DNA from: Gammaproteobacteria bacterium
Lineage (GTDB): Bacteria > Pseudomonadota > Gammaproteobacteria > Eutrophobiales > Eutrophobiaceae
Direction of reading: 5' to 3'
Assembly: GCA_965116495.1 (NCBI GenBank)
Contig: OZ220696.1
Location: 2,816,001-2,880,000, forward strand
DNA length: 64,000 nucleotides
Under the pieces are notes generated by a model. It was not told the DNA's origin. It saw only the letters and a program-made list of their open reading frames with translations, and searched no databases. The translations under genes were made by a program, and so were the position numbers. Positions 27,635 to 37,179 of this stretch are shown piece by piece. Positions within the stretch are counted from its first letter, which is position 1. Every line of letters begins with the position of its first letter.

Positions 27635-29659
27635 ATGGTTTCTCTTACCCGGGCGGTTTTTCCAATGCTTCGCTGCCTGTGCCTGTGCTCGCTCCTGGCG
27701 GCCGTCTCCGCCGCAGGCCGCGCGCAGGACATCAATTTTGATTTCGAGGAGGCCGAGTTGCGCGCCGTGATCCAGGCCGTGGCGGAGTTTACCGGCCGCA
27801 ATTTCCTGGTGGACCCGGCCGTCAAGGGCACGGTGACCGTGGTGGCGCCGCAAACGTTGACGGAGGAAGAGGCCTACCGGGTATTCCAGTCCGTGCTGGA
27901 GGTGAACGGCTACGTTACCGTGGAAGCGGACGGCGTCACCAAGATTGTGCCGCAGGATAAAGGCAAGCTGGGCGGGGCATTCCCGTCCGGCCGGGAGGCC
28001 GGCGGGGATGATATCGTGACCCGGGTCATCCGCCTCGAGCACGTCCGGGCGGAGCGCCTGGTGCCGCTGCTGCGCCCGCTGATCCCGGGCTACGGCCACC
28101 TCGCCGGCGACGCCGAATCCGGCTCCCTCATCCTGACCGACCGGGCCGCCAACGTGGCGCGGCTGCTGAACATCATCGAACGGCTGGACCGTCCGGCCAG
28201 CGCCGGCGAGGTGGAACTGGTGAACCTGACCCACGCTTCGGCGGAGGAAATGGCGCAGCTGTTCAGCCGCCTGCACCGGAATAACGGGGGGCCGGACGCT
28301 CCCGGCGACGGGTTGGTCGTGATTGCCGACCCGCGCACCAACAGCATGGTCATCAAGGCGGACACCGATACCCGCAAGGAGATCAAGGACCTGGCGCTGG
28401 CCCTGGATACGCCGTCGTCCGGGCGCGGCAACACGCATGTTATTTACCTGAAGAACGCCAGCGCGGAAAACCTGGTGGAGGTGCTGGAGAGCTCCGTGAC
28501 CAACGCGCCGGACGCTGAGGGCGGCAGCCTGTCAAAAGAGATTTCCATCAAGGCCGACCCGGAAACCAACACCCTGGTGGTCACCGCGACGCAGTCGGAT
28601 TTCGCCATCCTGGAGCAGGTCATCAGGAAGCTGGACGTGCGCCGCCTGCAAGTATACGTGGAAGCGCTGATCGCGGAAGTTGACGCCCAGACCACGCAGG
28701 AAATCGGTGTGCAGTTCGGCATCGGTGACGGCGTGCGTGCGGACCGGCGCGGGGTCGTCGGCGCGACGAACCTCGGAACAAACGCCGGTACCAACCTGGC
28801 ACAGGTTCTGGCAAACCCGCTTGCCGCCGGCGCCGGCCTGTCTTTCGGCTATGTCGATGGCATTATCACCCTGCCGGACGGCACGGAAGTATACAATCTC
28901 AATGCCCTGGCCAAGGCGCTGGAAGGCCAGAGCGACGCCAACGTGCTGTCCACGCCGAACATCCTGACCATGGATAACGAAGAAGCCGAAATAGTCGTCG
29001 GCCAGAACGTGCCGTTCATCACCGGCTCTTTTTCCCAAATAAGCCAGGGAACGGCCGTGGAGAACCCGTTCCAGACCATCCAGCGCCGGGACGTGGGCCT
29101 GACCCTGCGCATCAAGCCACAGATTACGGAGGGCAGCGCCATCAAAATGGAAATCTTCCAGGAGGTCTCCAATGTGGCGCTGCGGGGGGAAGCCAGAGAT
29201 ATCGTTACCAACACCCGTTCCCTGTCCACCACCATCGTCGCTGAGAACAACCAGATGGTGGTGCTGGGCGGGTTGATACAGGACGACGTGTCTAATAATG
29301 TGCAGAAAGTGCCGTTGCTCGGGGACGTCCCTATCCTCGGGCAACTGTTCCGCTACAAAAACCGCACGCGCAAGAAGACCAACCTGCTGGTTTTCCTGCG
29401 TCCGCAGGTAATAAGAGGGCCAAAGGATATGGACGAACCCACCCGCGACAAATACGAATACCTGGGCCGGTTGACCGACCAGGAGGCGCTCAAGGACAAT
29501 GAAGAAGCACAGTCCATGCTGGAGGAATGGGAGTTGATCACGGGGGATACTGTTGTTGACGATGCGGGCGCGGCAGAACAACAACCGGGCGCGCACGCGG
29601 AACAAACCCGGCCCGGGCAGTCACAGACGGAAGCCCCGGCCGACGAACAGGAAATATGA
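27635..29659 (+). CDS. gspD: T2SS secretin
   Basis: N0-N3 domains, 'LDVRRLQVYVEALIAEV', 'KVPLLGDVPILGQLF'. Confidence 0.96.
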   Translation: MVSLTRAVFPMLRCLCLCSLLAAVSAAGRAQDINFDFEEAELRAVIQAVAEFTGRNFLVDPAVKGTVTVVAPQTLTEEEAYRVFQSVLEVNGYVTVEADGVTKIVPQDKGKLGGAFPSGREAGGDDIVTRVIRLEHVRAERLVPLLRPLIPGYGHLAGDAESGSLILTDRAANVARLLNIIERLDRPASAGEVELVNLTHASAEEMAQLFSRLHRNNGGPDAPGDGLVVIADPRTNSMVIKADTDTRKEIKDLALALDTPSSGRGNTHVIYLKNASAENLVEVLESSVTNAPDAEGGSLSKEISIKADPETNTLVVTATQSDFAILEQVIRKLDVRRLQVYVEALIAEVDAQTTQEIGVQFGIGDGVRADRRGVVGATNLGTNAGTNLAQVLANPLAAGAGLSFGYVDGIITLPDGTEVYNLNALAKALEGQSDANVLSTPNILTMDNEEAEIVVGQNVPFITGSFSQISQGTAVENPFQTIQRRDVGLTLRIKPQITEGSAIKMEIFQEVSNVALRGEARDIVTNTRSLSTTIVAENNQMVVLGGLIQDDVSNNVQKVPLLGDVPILGQLFRYKNRTRKKTNLLVFLRPQVIRGPKDMDEPTRDKYEYLGRLTDQEALKDNEEAQSMLEEWELITGDTVVDDAGAAEQQPGAHAEQTRPGQSQTEAPADEQEI

Positions 29660-31209
29660 ACCGCCCCGCCGGCAGCGAACGCGCGCAGCAGTTGGGCTGG
29701 CCCCACGAAACCAGGCCCGATATCGGCAGGCTGGACCCGGACCTGGCCGGACGTTTCGGATTCGGCCAGGTGCGCCGGGTCGGGGCATTGCCGGCGTACC
29801 GGAGCGACGATACCACTATCGTCTGGGTGCGCCCGGACCTGGACTGGAGCGCCTTGCTGGAGACACAGGCAGAGTTTGAGTGTGGGTTCAAGCCGGTCAT
29901 GATCCCGGAAGACGTGTTCAACCTGGCCATGCAGCGCGCGTTCGAGCGCACCGGCGCCGCTGCGGACGCCGTGCAGGACCTGGACCAGGTCATAGACCTG
30001 GAGTCCCTGTCAAAGGACCTGCCGCAGACCTCCGACCTGCTCGACAGCCAGGACGATGCGCCAATCATACGCCTGCTGAACTCGGTGCTGACCCAGGCCG
30101 TTGAAGAGGGCGCTTCCGATATTCACATCGAACCTTTTGAGGCCCGCCTGGTGGTGCGTTTCCGCGTGGACGGGCTGTTGCGGGACGTGGTGGAGCCGCC
30201 GGTGGTTCTGTCCGGCCGGATCGTCGCCCGGGTCAAGGTGATGGCGCGTCTCAATACCGCCGAGAAGCGCGTGCCCCAGGACGGCAGGATCAGCCTGCGC
30301 ATCGGCGGCCGGCTGGTCGACGTAAGGGTGTCAACCCTGCCCACCCATTACGGCGAGCGCGTGGTCATGCGCATCCTGGAAAAGGAACAGGGGCTGCTCA
30401 CCCTGGAACAGCTTGGCATGCCGGGGGAAGTGCGTTCCCGGTTCAGCGAACTGATCCGCTCCCCCCATGGGGTTTTCCTGGTGACCGGTCCCACGGGATC
30501 GGGCAAAACCACGACCCTGTATGCGGCGTTGCAGCAGATTCACAGCCCGGACCTCAATATCATCACGGTGGAAGACCCGGTTGAATATGACCTTGAAGGG
30601 GTCGGACAGATCCCGGTAAACGTCAAGACCGGCATGACGTTCGAGAAGGGGTTGCGCGCGATTCTCCGGCAGGACCCGGACGTGATCATGGTGGGAGAGA
30701 TCCGCGACATCGAGACGGCGCAGGTCGCAGTGCAGGCCAGCCTGACCGGCCACAGGGTGTTCTCGACCCTGCATACCAACGATGCCGCGGGCAGCATCAC
30801 CCGCCTGGTGGACATGGGCATCGAACCCTACCTGGTGGCTTCGAGCCTGTTGGGCGCCTTGGCGCAACGCCTGGTCAGAAAATTATGCGCCGGGTGCCGT
30901 ATCCGCCGGCCGGCCGACGCCGCCGAACGGCAACTGCTCGGAATACCCGGAGACGCAGACGTCTTCCTCTACCACCCGGGCGGCTGCGCCGCCTGCCTGT
31001 TCTCGGGTTACCAGGGCAGAACCGGGATGTATGAACTGCTGGTGGTCGATGACGCGTTGCGAGCCATGATCCACGACAACCGGGGGGAACACGACTTGCG
31101 CGAGGCGGCGATCCGGCACGGGATGCGCGCGTTGCGCGCAGACGGGGTAGCCAAGGTCCTGGCCGGCAAAACCAGCCTGGAAGAAGTCGTCCGGGTATCC
31201 CATCATTAA
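29656..31209 (+). CDS. gspE: T2SS ATPase
   Basis: 'ASDIHIEP', 'GPTGSGKTT', 'LRQDPDVIMVGEIRD', tetra-Cys motif. Confidence 0.96.
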   Translation: MNRPAGSERAQQLGWPHETRPDIGRLDPDLAGRFGFGQVRRVGALPAYRSDDTTIVWVRPDLDWSALLETQAEFECGFKPVMIPEDVFNLAMQRAFERTGAAADAVQDLDQVIDLESLSKDLPQTSDLLDSQDDAPIIRLLNSVLTQAVEEGASDIHIEPFEARLVVRFRVDGLLRDVVEPPVVLSGRIVARVKVMARLNTAEKRVPQDGRISLRIGGRLVDVRVSTLPTHYGERVVMRILEKEQGLLTLEQLGMPGEVRSRFSELIRSPHGVFLVTGPTGSGKTTTLYAALQQIHSPDLNIITVEDPVEYDLEGVGQIPVNVKTGMTFEKGLRAILRQDPDVIMVGEIRDIETAQVAVQASLTGHRVFSTLHTNDAAGSITRLVDMGIEPYLVASSLLGALAQRLVRKLCAGCRIRRPADAAERQLLGIPGDADVFLYHPGGCAACLFSGYQGRTGMYELLVVDDALRAMIHDNRGEHDLREAAIRHGMRALRADGVAKVLAGKTSLEEVVRVSHH

Positions 31210-31234
31210 CCTTCCCGGTTGAAAGAGTACTAGA

Positions 31235-32449
31235 ATGGCCGCCTTCGAATACATTGCCCTTGATGAAGCCGGTCGCACCCGTCAAGGTGTGCTGACCGGT
31301 GATTCCGCGCGCCAGGTCCGGTCCCGCCTGCGTACCTTGGGGCTGTACCCGGTGGAAGTGCATGGGGTCCGGGAACAGGCTGTAACGCCGGCCGGCCTGA
31401 ACCGGGCCCGGCGCATTTCCGCCGCCGCCCTGGCGCTGTTGACCCGCCAGCTTGCCACCCTGTTACGCGCCGGCATGCCCTTGGACGAAGCGTTACGCGC
31501 CTTGGGCGCGCAGACGGCCGCGCGGCGGCTGCAGGCCGTCCTTGCCGACGTGCGCGCGCGCATTACGGAAGGCGCTTCCCTGGACGAGGCAATGTCCGTG
31601 TACCCGGGCGTGTTCCCGGAGTTCTACCGCAGCATGGTCGCGGCCGGCGAGGCCGGGGGTGGTCTGGAAGAGGCGCTGGAACGCCTGGCGGACTACACCG
31701 AAACCCGTCGCGCGCTGCGCCAGTCACTCAGCACGGCGTTGATTTACCCGGCGATCCTGACCCTGGTCTCACTGCTGGTAGTGGCCGTGCTCCTGATCTA
31801 CGTCGTGCCGGAAGTCGTAAGGGTTTTCCAGCAGACCGGCCAGTCTCTCCCCTGGTTGACTACCGCCCTGATCGCCAGCAGCCAGGCACTGCGTGAATTC
31901 GGCTGGCTGCTTTGCCTCGGGGCTGCGCTGGCCCTGTTGCTGGGGCGTTTCCTGCTGGGCCGGACGGTTATCCGGGCCCGCGTTGACCGCATGCTGCTCG
32001 ATATGCCCTTTCTCGGCAGGATAACCCGCATGCTGCATGCGGCCAGGCTGACCCGGTCCCTGGCCATCCTGACGAAGAGCGGCGTCCCGTTGCTCGAAGC
32101 GCTGGAGATAAGCGGCAGGATGGTCATCAACATTCCCCTGCGTACGGCAGTGGACGACGCCGCTGTGCGCGTGCGCGAGGGGGGGCGCCTGCACAAGGCC
32201 CTGGATGACTGTGGCTGGTTTCCGCCGTTACTGGTCCAGATGCTGGCTTCGGGTGAAGAAAGCGGGGAGCTCGATGATATGCTGGCGCGCGCCGCCTCCT
32301 ACGAGGAGAACGAACTGCAGACCGTGCTGACCGCCGCCGCAGCCCTGTTCGAACCTCTCATAATCCTGGTTATGGGCGCGGTCGTGCTGGTTATCGTGCT
32401 GGCGATCCTGCTGCCCATTTTTGAAATGAACCAACTGGTGGGTCTCTGA
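31235..32449 (+). CDS. gspF: T2SS inner-membrane platform protein
   Basis: 'TRQLATLL', 'SGEESGELD', 'EPLIILVMG'. Confidence 0.96.
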   Translation: MAAFEYIALDEAGRTRQGVLTGDSARQVRSRLRTLGLYPVEVHGVREQAVTPAGLNRARRISAAALALLTRQLATLLRAGMPLDEALRALGAQTAARRLQAVLADVRARITEGASLDEAMSVYPGVFPEFYRSMVAAGEAGGGLEEALERLADYTETRRALRQSLSTALIYPAILTLVSLLVVAVLLIYVVPEVVRVFQQTGQSLPWLTTALIASSQALREFGWLLCLGAALALLLGRFLLGRTVIRARVDRMLLDMPFLGRITRMLHAARLTRSLAILTKSGVPLLEALEISGRMVINIPLRTAVDDAAVRVREGGRLHKALDDCGWFPPLLVQMLASGEESGELDDMLARAASYEENELQTVLTAAAALFEPLIILVMGAVVLVIVLAILLPIFEMNQLVGL

Positions 32450-32463
32450 AGTGAGGTTGTGTT

Positions 32464-32919
32464 ATGACAGAACATTCCCGTAAATATTCCGTCCCGCGTT
32501 CCCCCGCACGCCGTGACCGGCAACGAGGCTTTACCCTGATTGAATTAATGGTCGTGGTGGTTATCCTCAGCATTCTGGCCGCGGTCGTCATCCCCCGGGT
32601 AATGGACCGGCCGGAGCAGGCGCGCATCAGCGCCGCAAAAAACAATATCCGCGCCATCTCCTCGGCGCTGAACATGTATAAACTGGACAACTTCAGGTAT
32701 CCGACAACGGACCAGGGCCTGGAGGCGCTGGTAGCGCCCCCGGACCTGGAACCGCAGCCGGAAAACTGGAACCGCTATATGAACAAGATCCCCCTGGACC
32801 CCTGGGGCAGCGAATTCCTGTATTTGCAGCCCGGCGAGCGCGCCGAAGTGGATGTTTTCAGTCCCGGCCCAAACAAACGCCCCGGCGATGAGGATGATAT
32901 CGGATCCTGGGGCTTGTAA
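32464..32919 (+). CDS. gspG: T2SS major pseudopilin
   Basis: 'RG|FTLIELMVV', 'YKLDNFRYPTTDQGLEAL', 'DPWG'. Confidence 0.96.
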   Translation: MTEHSRKYSVPRSPARRDRQRGFTLIELMVVVVILSILAAVVIPRVMDRPEQARISAAKNNIRAISSALNMYKLDNFRYPTTDQGLEALVAPPDLEPQPENWNRYMNKIPLDPWGSEFLYLQPGERAEVDVFSPGPNKRPGDEDDIGSWGL

Positions 32920-32947
32920 GGAACCTCTGATTAAGTCCAGAGCTTCC
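32920..32947. repeat. Mini inverted-repeat element (IS-end-like)
   Basis: GGAACCTCTG-8nt-CAGAGCTTCC directly after the gspG TAA; sibling at 45470-45511. Confidence 0.55.
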
Positions 32948-33011
32948 ATAACAGGGTTCGCCAGTCAGGCCCATTCCCGGCAACCTTAACACAAACCTGA
33001 CGGCAACAATA

Positions 33012-33506
33012 TTGCTTCCGACAGCAACAACCGGGCGGGCGGGAAACGCGGGGTTCACCCTGCTTGAACTGCTGGTTGTGATCATGCTCATCGGCGTGCT
33101 GCTGAGCCTGGTTGCGCCAGGCCTTGACCGCGCACGCGGCAGGGGGCTGGCTGACTCCGCCGACAGGTTGTGCCTGACGCTCAACCACGCCAGGCAGGAG
33201 GCTGTGCTCACGTCCCGACCATGGCGCCTGGAGGTTGACCCGGCGGAGAAAACAGTCCGCTTCCGGTATCGCCGCGACGAGGAATTTATCCCGTTGAACA
33301 ACCCGCCGTTTACAGAAACCCGGTTACCACCGGGCATTGAGATAGCCGAACTCACTATCAACGGCCAACCTGTCGCGGGTTCCGGGCAGGTATACCTGTT
33401 CCCCACGGGCGCACAGGATGCGTTCAGCCTGACGCTGGTCGAGGGAGAACGCCGGCGCACGTTGTCCATGGGTTCCGTGGGCGCTGCGGAGGTGCGCCAT
33501 CAGTAA
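33012..33506 (+). CDS. gspH: T2SS minor pseudopilin H
   Basis: 'AG|FTLLELLVV', 'ARQEAVL', 'FPTG'; between gspG and gspI. Confidence 0.85.
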   Translation: MLPTATTGRAGNAGFTLLELLVVIMLIGVLLSLVAPGLDRARGRGLADSADRLCLTLNHARQEAVLTSRPWRLEVDPAEKTVRFRYRRDEEFIPLNNPPFTETRLPPGIEIAELTINGQPVAGSGQVYLFPTGAQDAFSLTLVEGERRRTLSMGSVGAAEVRHQ

Positions 33507-33522
33507 AATTGCCCATTATCCT

Positions 33523-33879
33523 GTGCGCGGCTTCACCCTGCTGGAAGTTCTGGTTGCATTGACGGTCATGGTATTTGCCCTGGCCGCCTTCTGGAAGGCG
33601 CTTAACATGAGCGCCGCCTTGTCCGGCGCCTTACCGGAGAGGGTGCTGGCAAGATGGGTAGCGCACAACCGCGTCGTCCTGCGCCAGGCCGGACGGCAGT
33701 GGCCGGAAACGCAGGTGTACCGGGGCCGCGAAGAGATGGCGGGAAGGACGTGGTACTGGGAAGAAGAGGTAAGCGCCACCAGCGCGCCGCGACTGCGACG
33801 CATAACGGTCAGGGTCGGCGCCGCGCCCGAGGCGCTGACACTGGCAACCCTGGAAGGCTTTATCAGGCAGCCGGACTAG
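33523..33879 (+). CDS. gspI: T2SS minor pseudopilin I
   Basis: 'RG|FTLLEVLVAL', 'LARWVAHN', 'EEMAGRTWYW', 'LRRITVRV'. Confidence 0.92.
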   Translation: MRGFTLLEVLVALTVMVFALAAFWKALNMSAALSGALPERVLARWVAHNRVVLRQAGRQWPETQVYRGREEMAGRTWYWEEEVSATSAPRLRRITVRVGAAPEALTLATLEGFIRQPD

Positions 33880-33920
33880 AGTCCGCATATCTTACCAGGT
33901 GATGCACCCTCGCTACCGGA

Positions 33921-34406
33921 CTACCTGGGCAGCAATGTCACTTCCGCCATGACCTGCCCGTTGCGGTCCCGGAGGCCGGTCACACGCATTCCGGTCACGC
34001 GGGCATGACCTTCATCCTGCAACCGGGCAATGAGCGCCAGCAGGTCGGGAAAACTGACCTTGTCGAAACTGAGCGCTACGCCTTGCCCGGCCCCGGGCTG
34101 CATGGCGGACAGCTGCTCGCGCAGGCCGGCTTCGTGCAGCAACGTTTCAACCCGTGCCGCAGACAGCGCCGGTTGCGCTTGTTCCCGCTCACCTGCCGCA
34201 GTTGCCTTGCGTAGCGTTTCGACCTGGTTAACGTGGGCCTGCATCCAGGCAAGGTCCTCTTGCAAACCCGGCAATTCGGCAGACAAACGACGGCGCTGCT
34301 CCAGCAGCGGTTCCAGCGCCAGCAACAGCGCAACAGCCGACAGCAGTACGCCTGCAGCCACCAGGCCCAGCCTTTCCCTGGCGCTGCGTTGCCGCCACCA
34401 GTTCAT
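33921..34406 (-). CDS. gspM: T2SS protein M
   Basis: 'WWRQRSARER' then TM, 'LAWMQ', 'VSFPDLLALI'. Confidence 0.88.
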   Translation of the reverse strand: MNWWRQRSARERLGLVAAGVLLSAVALLLALEPLLEQRRRLSAELPGLQEDLAWMQAHVNQVETLRKATAAGEREQAQPALSAARVETLLHEAGLREQLSAMQPGAGQGVALSFDKVSFPDLLALIARLQDEGHARVTGMRVTGLRDRNGQVMAEVTLLPR

Positions 34407-35671
34407 GATCGCCCTGCCAGACGCATGCGGCTTACCACCCTGTCGTCCTTGAGTTCTGCGTTTTCCACTTCCGGTTTCAGTCCGGTAGCAGACAGTTGCT
34501 CTTGCAGCGCTTCCAACGCCTCAAAGTCCGGCAGGCTCAAATCCAGGACCAGTTGTCGCCCGTCGAAGTTGAATGCCGTGAGACCTGCACCGGCGCCGTT
34601 GCCCAGCAGCGGCGCCAGCCGTTCCAACCAGAACAGGATATCAATACCCTGTTCCCGCCCACCGGTGACCGGCCTGGCTGCGGCATTCAGCCATTGTTCC
34701 ATCTGGTGGCGCGGGTTGACCAGGCGCCTGGCGTCGGGGAAAGCCTGCCGGTAGGCAGTTTCGATAGCGGTTGTCAGGCGCTCATGCTGTGCCTGTATGC
34801 GGGAATACTCAACAAACCACTGCGCGGTCAATACCAGGACCAGGGCCGCAGCCAGGCCCGCGGACGGAATGAGCCGGCGTGACTGCAGTGACCTGTCCCG
34901 GCCCGGTTGGTACTTTCCCGCCAGCATATTAACCTGCTCCGGCGGAGCGGGCTGCCGCGCCAGGCAGGCGGGACGGGACAGGTCCGCCTGCGTCCGCGCC
35001 AGGTCAATGCCACGCTCGGCCAGCCAGTCCAGCCAGTTCCCCACCAGTTCGTACTGTTCCCGGTCGCGCACCCGCACTTCCAGCCTGGCGGGGGGCTGCC
35101 GGGAATGTTCCAGGGCAAGCTGCAATCCGGCGGGAGGTTGCGCTCCAACATCCTCATCCAGCGCGGCGCCGCCGGCTGCCGCGGGAAACCGCAGCAATAA
35201 CGGCTTTTCCAGGGCATCCAGGAACCAGGCGCCGGGCGCGGGCTCCAGCAACAGCAGGTACTCCGGCGTCAACAGGTCGAGACGCAGGCCGCGCGCCTGT
35301 GCGGCAGCGGTCCACGCCATCATCTGTTCGTGTTCCACCACTGCGACCGGAGTCCCGTCCTTGCCGGCAGGTCTTGTCAGCGGCACAAAATGGTATGTCT
35401 CCGGCGTCCGGAACAACCTGTCCTCAAGCGCAAAAGGCAAGGCGGCAAAAAAACGTTTCCGGTGACGCGTCGGAATGCTGACCGAATGTATGCGCACCCG
35501 GACGCCGGGCGCACAGAGCAGTATGCGCGCGCCCGGCGGGGCCGGCAGGGACTCCCAGTCAGGACATTCCCCTTCCTGTAACGGAACGTCCTCCCCGCGC
35601 CCGCGCCTGGCATAATACAGGCCCTGCCGGCGCAACTGGACCCACCAGTAGTCATTGCGCTCATCCGTCAT
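34403..35671 (-). CDS. gspL: T2SS protein L
   Basis: 'ALPFALEDRL', 'YHFV', TM, 'QAFPDARRLVNPRHQM', 'FEALEAL'. Confidence 0.9.
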   Translation of the reverse strand: MTDERNDYWWVQLRRQGLYYARRGRGEDVPLQEGECPDWESLPAPPGARILLCAPGVRVRIHSVSIPTRHRKRFFAALPFALEDRLFRTPETYHFVPLTRPAGKDGTPVAVVEHEQMMAWTAAAQARGLRLDLLTPEYLLLLEPAPGAWFLDALEKPLLLRFPAAAGGAALDEDVGAQPPAGLQLALEHSRQPPARLEVRVRDREQYELVGNWLDWLAERGIDLARTQADLSRPACLARQPAPPEQVNMLAGKYQPGRDRSLQSRRLIPSAGLAAALVLVLTAQWFVEYSRIQAQHERLTTAIETAYRQAFPDARRLVNPRHQMEQWLNAAARPVTGGREQGIDILFWLERLAPLLGNGAGAGLTAFNFDGRQLVLDLSLPDFEALEALQEQLSATGLKPEVENAELKDDRVVSRMRLAGRS

Positions 35672-35890
35672 TCCCGCGTCTCCTTCTCGTCATTCCCGCA
35701 TCCCCCCCTCGTCCCGCGTCCCCCCTCGTCATTCCCGCGCAGGCGGGATTCCTGTGGAAAAACTGTCCCGAAGGGACACCTTATAAGGTGTCGCAAGCGA
35801 CAATCTAACAGACTGGATTCCCGCTTGCGCGGGAATGACGAGGGGAAGGCCGGGCAGACCCGGGGAGACCCGGGGGCGGTAATGACGAGG
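35666..35890. repeat. Cluster of family A REP-like units with an inverted doublet and a triple hairpin
   Basis: Three cgtcattcccgc starts (35666, 35688, 35727), inverted copy 35813-35839, overlapping hairpins 35764-35802. Confidence 0.8.
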
Positions 35891-35899
35891 GATAAGAGA

Positions 35900-36940
35900 C
35901 TAATCATACTCGCGCCAGTGACCCCGCACCGAGACGCCGTCCCCTGCACGCTTGTAAAGCGTTGCCGTGCGCCGCCGGGCATTGCCGGTCTCTACCAGGG
36001 TGTGGGCGAGAAAGAACTCAGTCTTGACGTCAAGCAACTGCTTCAGAGTTTCACAATTGGGTGTCAGCTGCTCCATTTTACAATAATTTTGGATATCCTT
36101 TTGTGATTTGAACGGTTCCTGTCTGGCTTTCCCCCTCAACTGCTCGGCTTTTATCAATGCCTGCGCTTGCGCCAGCTCGAGGCTGGTGAGGACTGCCGCC
36201 AGCACCTCCCGGCTGGCCGTATTGATATTGATCTTCTTCACATCCGGCGGCAGCGCGCTGACGTACGGTCTTAACTTGTACCATACCTTCCTGCCCACGC
36301 CGCGCACCAGGCGCAGTTCTGCGGGGTCATTCAAGGGCTTGTTGGCGGCAACGTAAGGCGGATTCATACCCAGGTAGTAACCATCTTCAGCGCCCCAGGG
36401 GCCGTAGACGTCACCACCTGTATCCATCCAGTCAACAATCGCTTCGGCTATGCCCGGATTCAGTTCCAGGATACGCAGCAGTTGTTCGAGCGTTTTCCTG
36501 GCTTGCGCGTTGACCCTGTTCTCTTGCACCAGGTTATTCAGGTTGATGCGCGCCTGCATGTCTTCCATGCCTTCCCCATAGCCCCGTACAAAGCCGCGAC
36601 CGACCGGCAACGGCGGCGGGGGCTGCGCCCATGTATCCTGGAAGCTGTCGTAAGCACGATCATCCTCGTCCAGGATAAGGCCCGCCCAGTCCTGAACCGC
36701 GCGCACGGCCAGCGCAGACTGCAGGAAATCCGCCCCGTTCCCCACCTGGCGTATCCAGACCTGGTTGGAAAAACTCAGGCGTCCGACTATCGCCGTTGAT
36801 ACTGCCAGGACCAGCAGTACCGTGACCAGCGCCACCCCGCGCGCGCCGGGGGGGGCGGGGACGGACTTGAAGTCCGTCCCCGGGGTCGGCGCGCCCCCCC
36901 TCACTGGCAAACTAGTACTCTTTCCAGGTGATATTGACAT
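35900..36940 (-). CDS. gspK: T2SS minor pseudopilin K (start uncertain: GTG 36904 or ATG 36940 inside the MITE end)
   Basis: 'RG|VALVTVLLVL', 'DMQARINLNNL', 'IVDWMD', 'ELRLVRG', 'ININTA'. Confidence 0.9.
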   Translation of the reverse strand: MSISPGKSTSLPVRGGAPTPGTDFKSVPAPPGARGVALVTVLLVLAVSTAIVGRLSFSNQVWIRQVGNGADFLQSALAVRAVQDWAGLILDEDDRAYDSFQDTWAQPPPPLPVGRGFVRGYGEGMEDMQARINLNNLVQENRVNAQARKTLEQLLRILELNPGIAEAIVDWMDTGGDVYGPWGAEDGYYLGMNPPYVAANKPLNDPAELRLVRGVGRKVWYKLRPYVSALPPDVKKININTASREVLAAVLTSLELAQAQALIKAEQLRGKARQEPFKSQKDIQNYCKMEQLTPNCETLKQLLDVKTEFFLAHTLVETGNARRRTATLYKRAGDGVSVRGHWREYD

Positions 36941-37179
36941 GTTCAGCGGGTCGGGAAGCGGTTGAGCGCCAGGCGCGCCGTGCAGGTAATGGCGCGCCCT
37001 TGCCAAGCGGCGCAACACCGCGGGCGACCGCTTCCCGACCCGCCCGCAGGGAGCCAAGCAGCGGCGCCAATACAGCGTTGCAGTCCTTGACAACGACTCG
37101 CCATTCTCTGCGGACTGCGCCTTGTCTTGGCGCCGCTGCTTGGCTCTGAACATGTCAATATCACCTGGAAAGAGTACTA
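36913..37179. mobile_element. MITE, 267 bp including flanking TA
   Basis: Perfect 34-bp terminal inverted repeats tagtactctttccaggtgatattgacatgttcag (36913-46 and 37146-79); no transposase; internal long hairpin. Confidence 0.85.

Noticed and set aside
35666-35890. Possible CRISPR array or tRNA-like cloverleaf
   Set aside because: Repeats are irregular, partly inverted and lack unique regular spacers; no cas genes; no tRNA T-loop or acceptor stem
35668-35982. 104-aa ORF between gspK and gspL
   Set aside because: Translation of the REP cluster ('SFPRKRES', 'RLRGND'); same for 1940-2143 and 41729-42148
37060-37095. 'RTATLY' appears in both the MITE frame and the GspK C-terminus
   Set aside because: Underlying DNA differs and similarity does not extend; treated as coincidence
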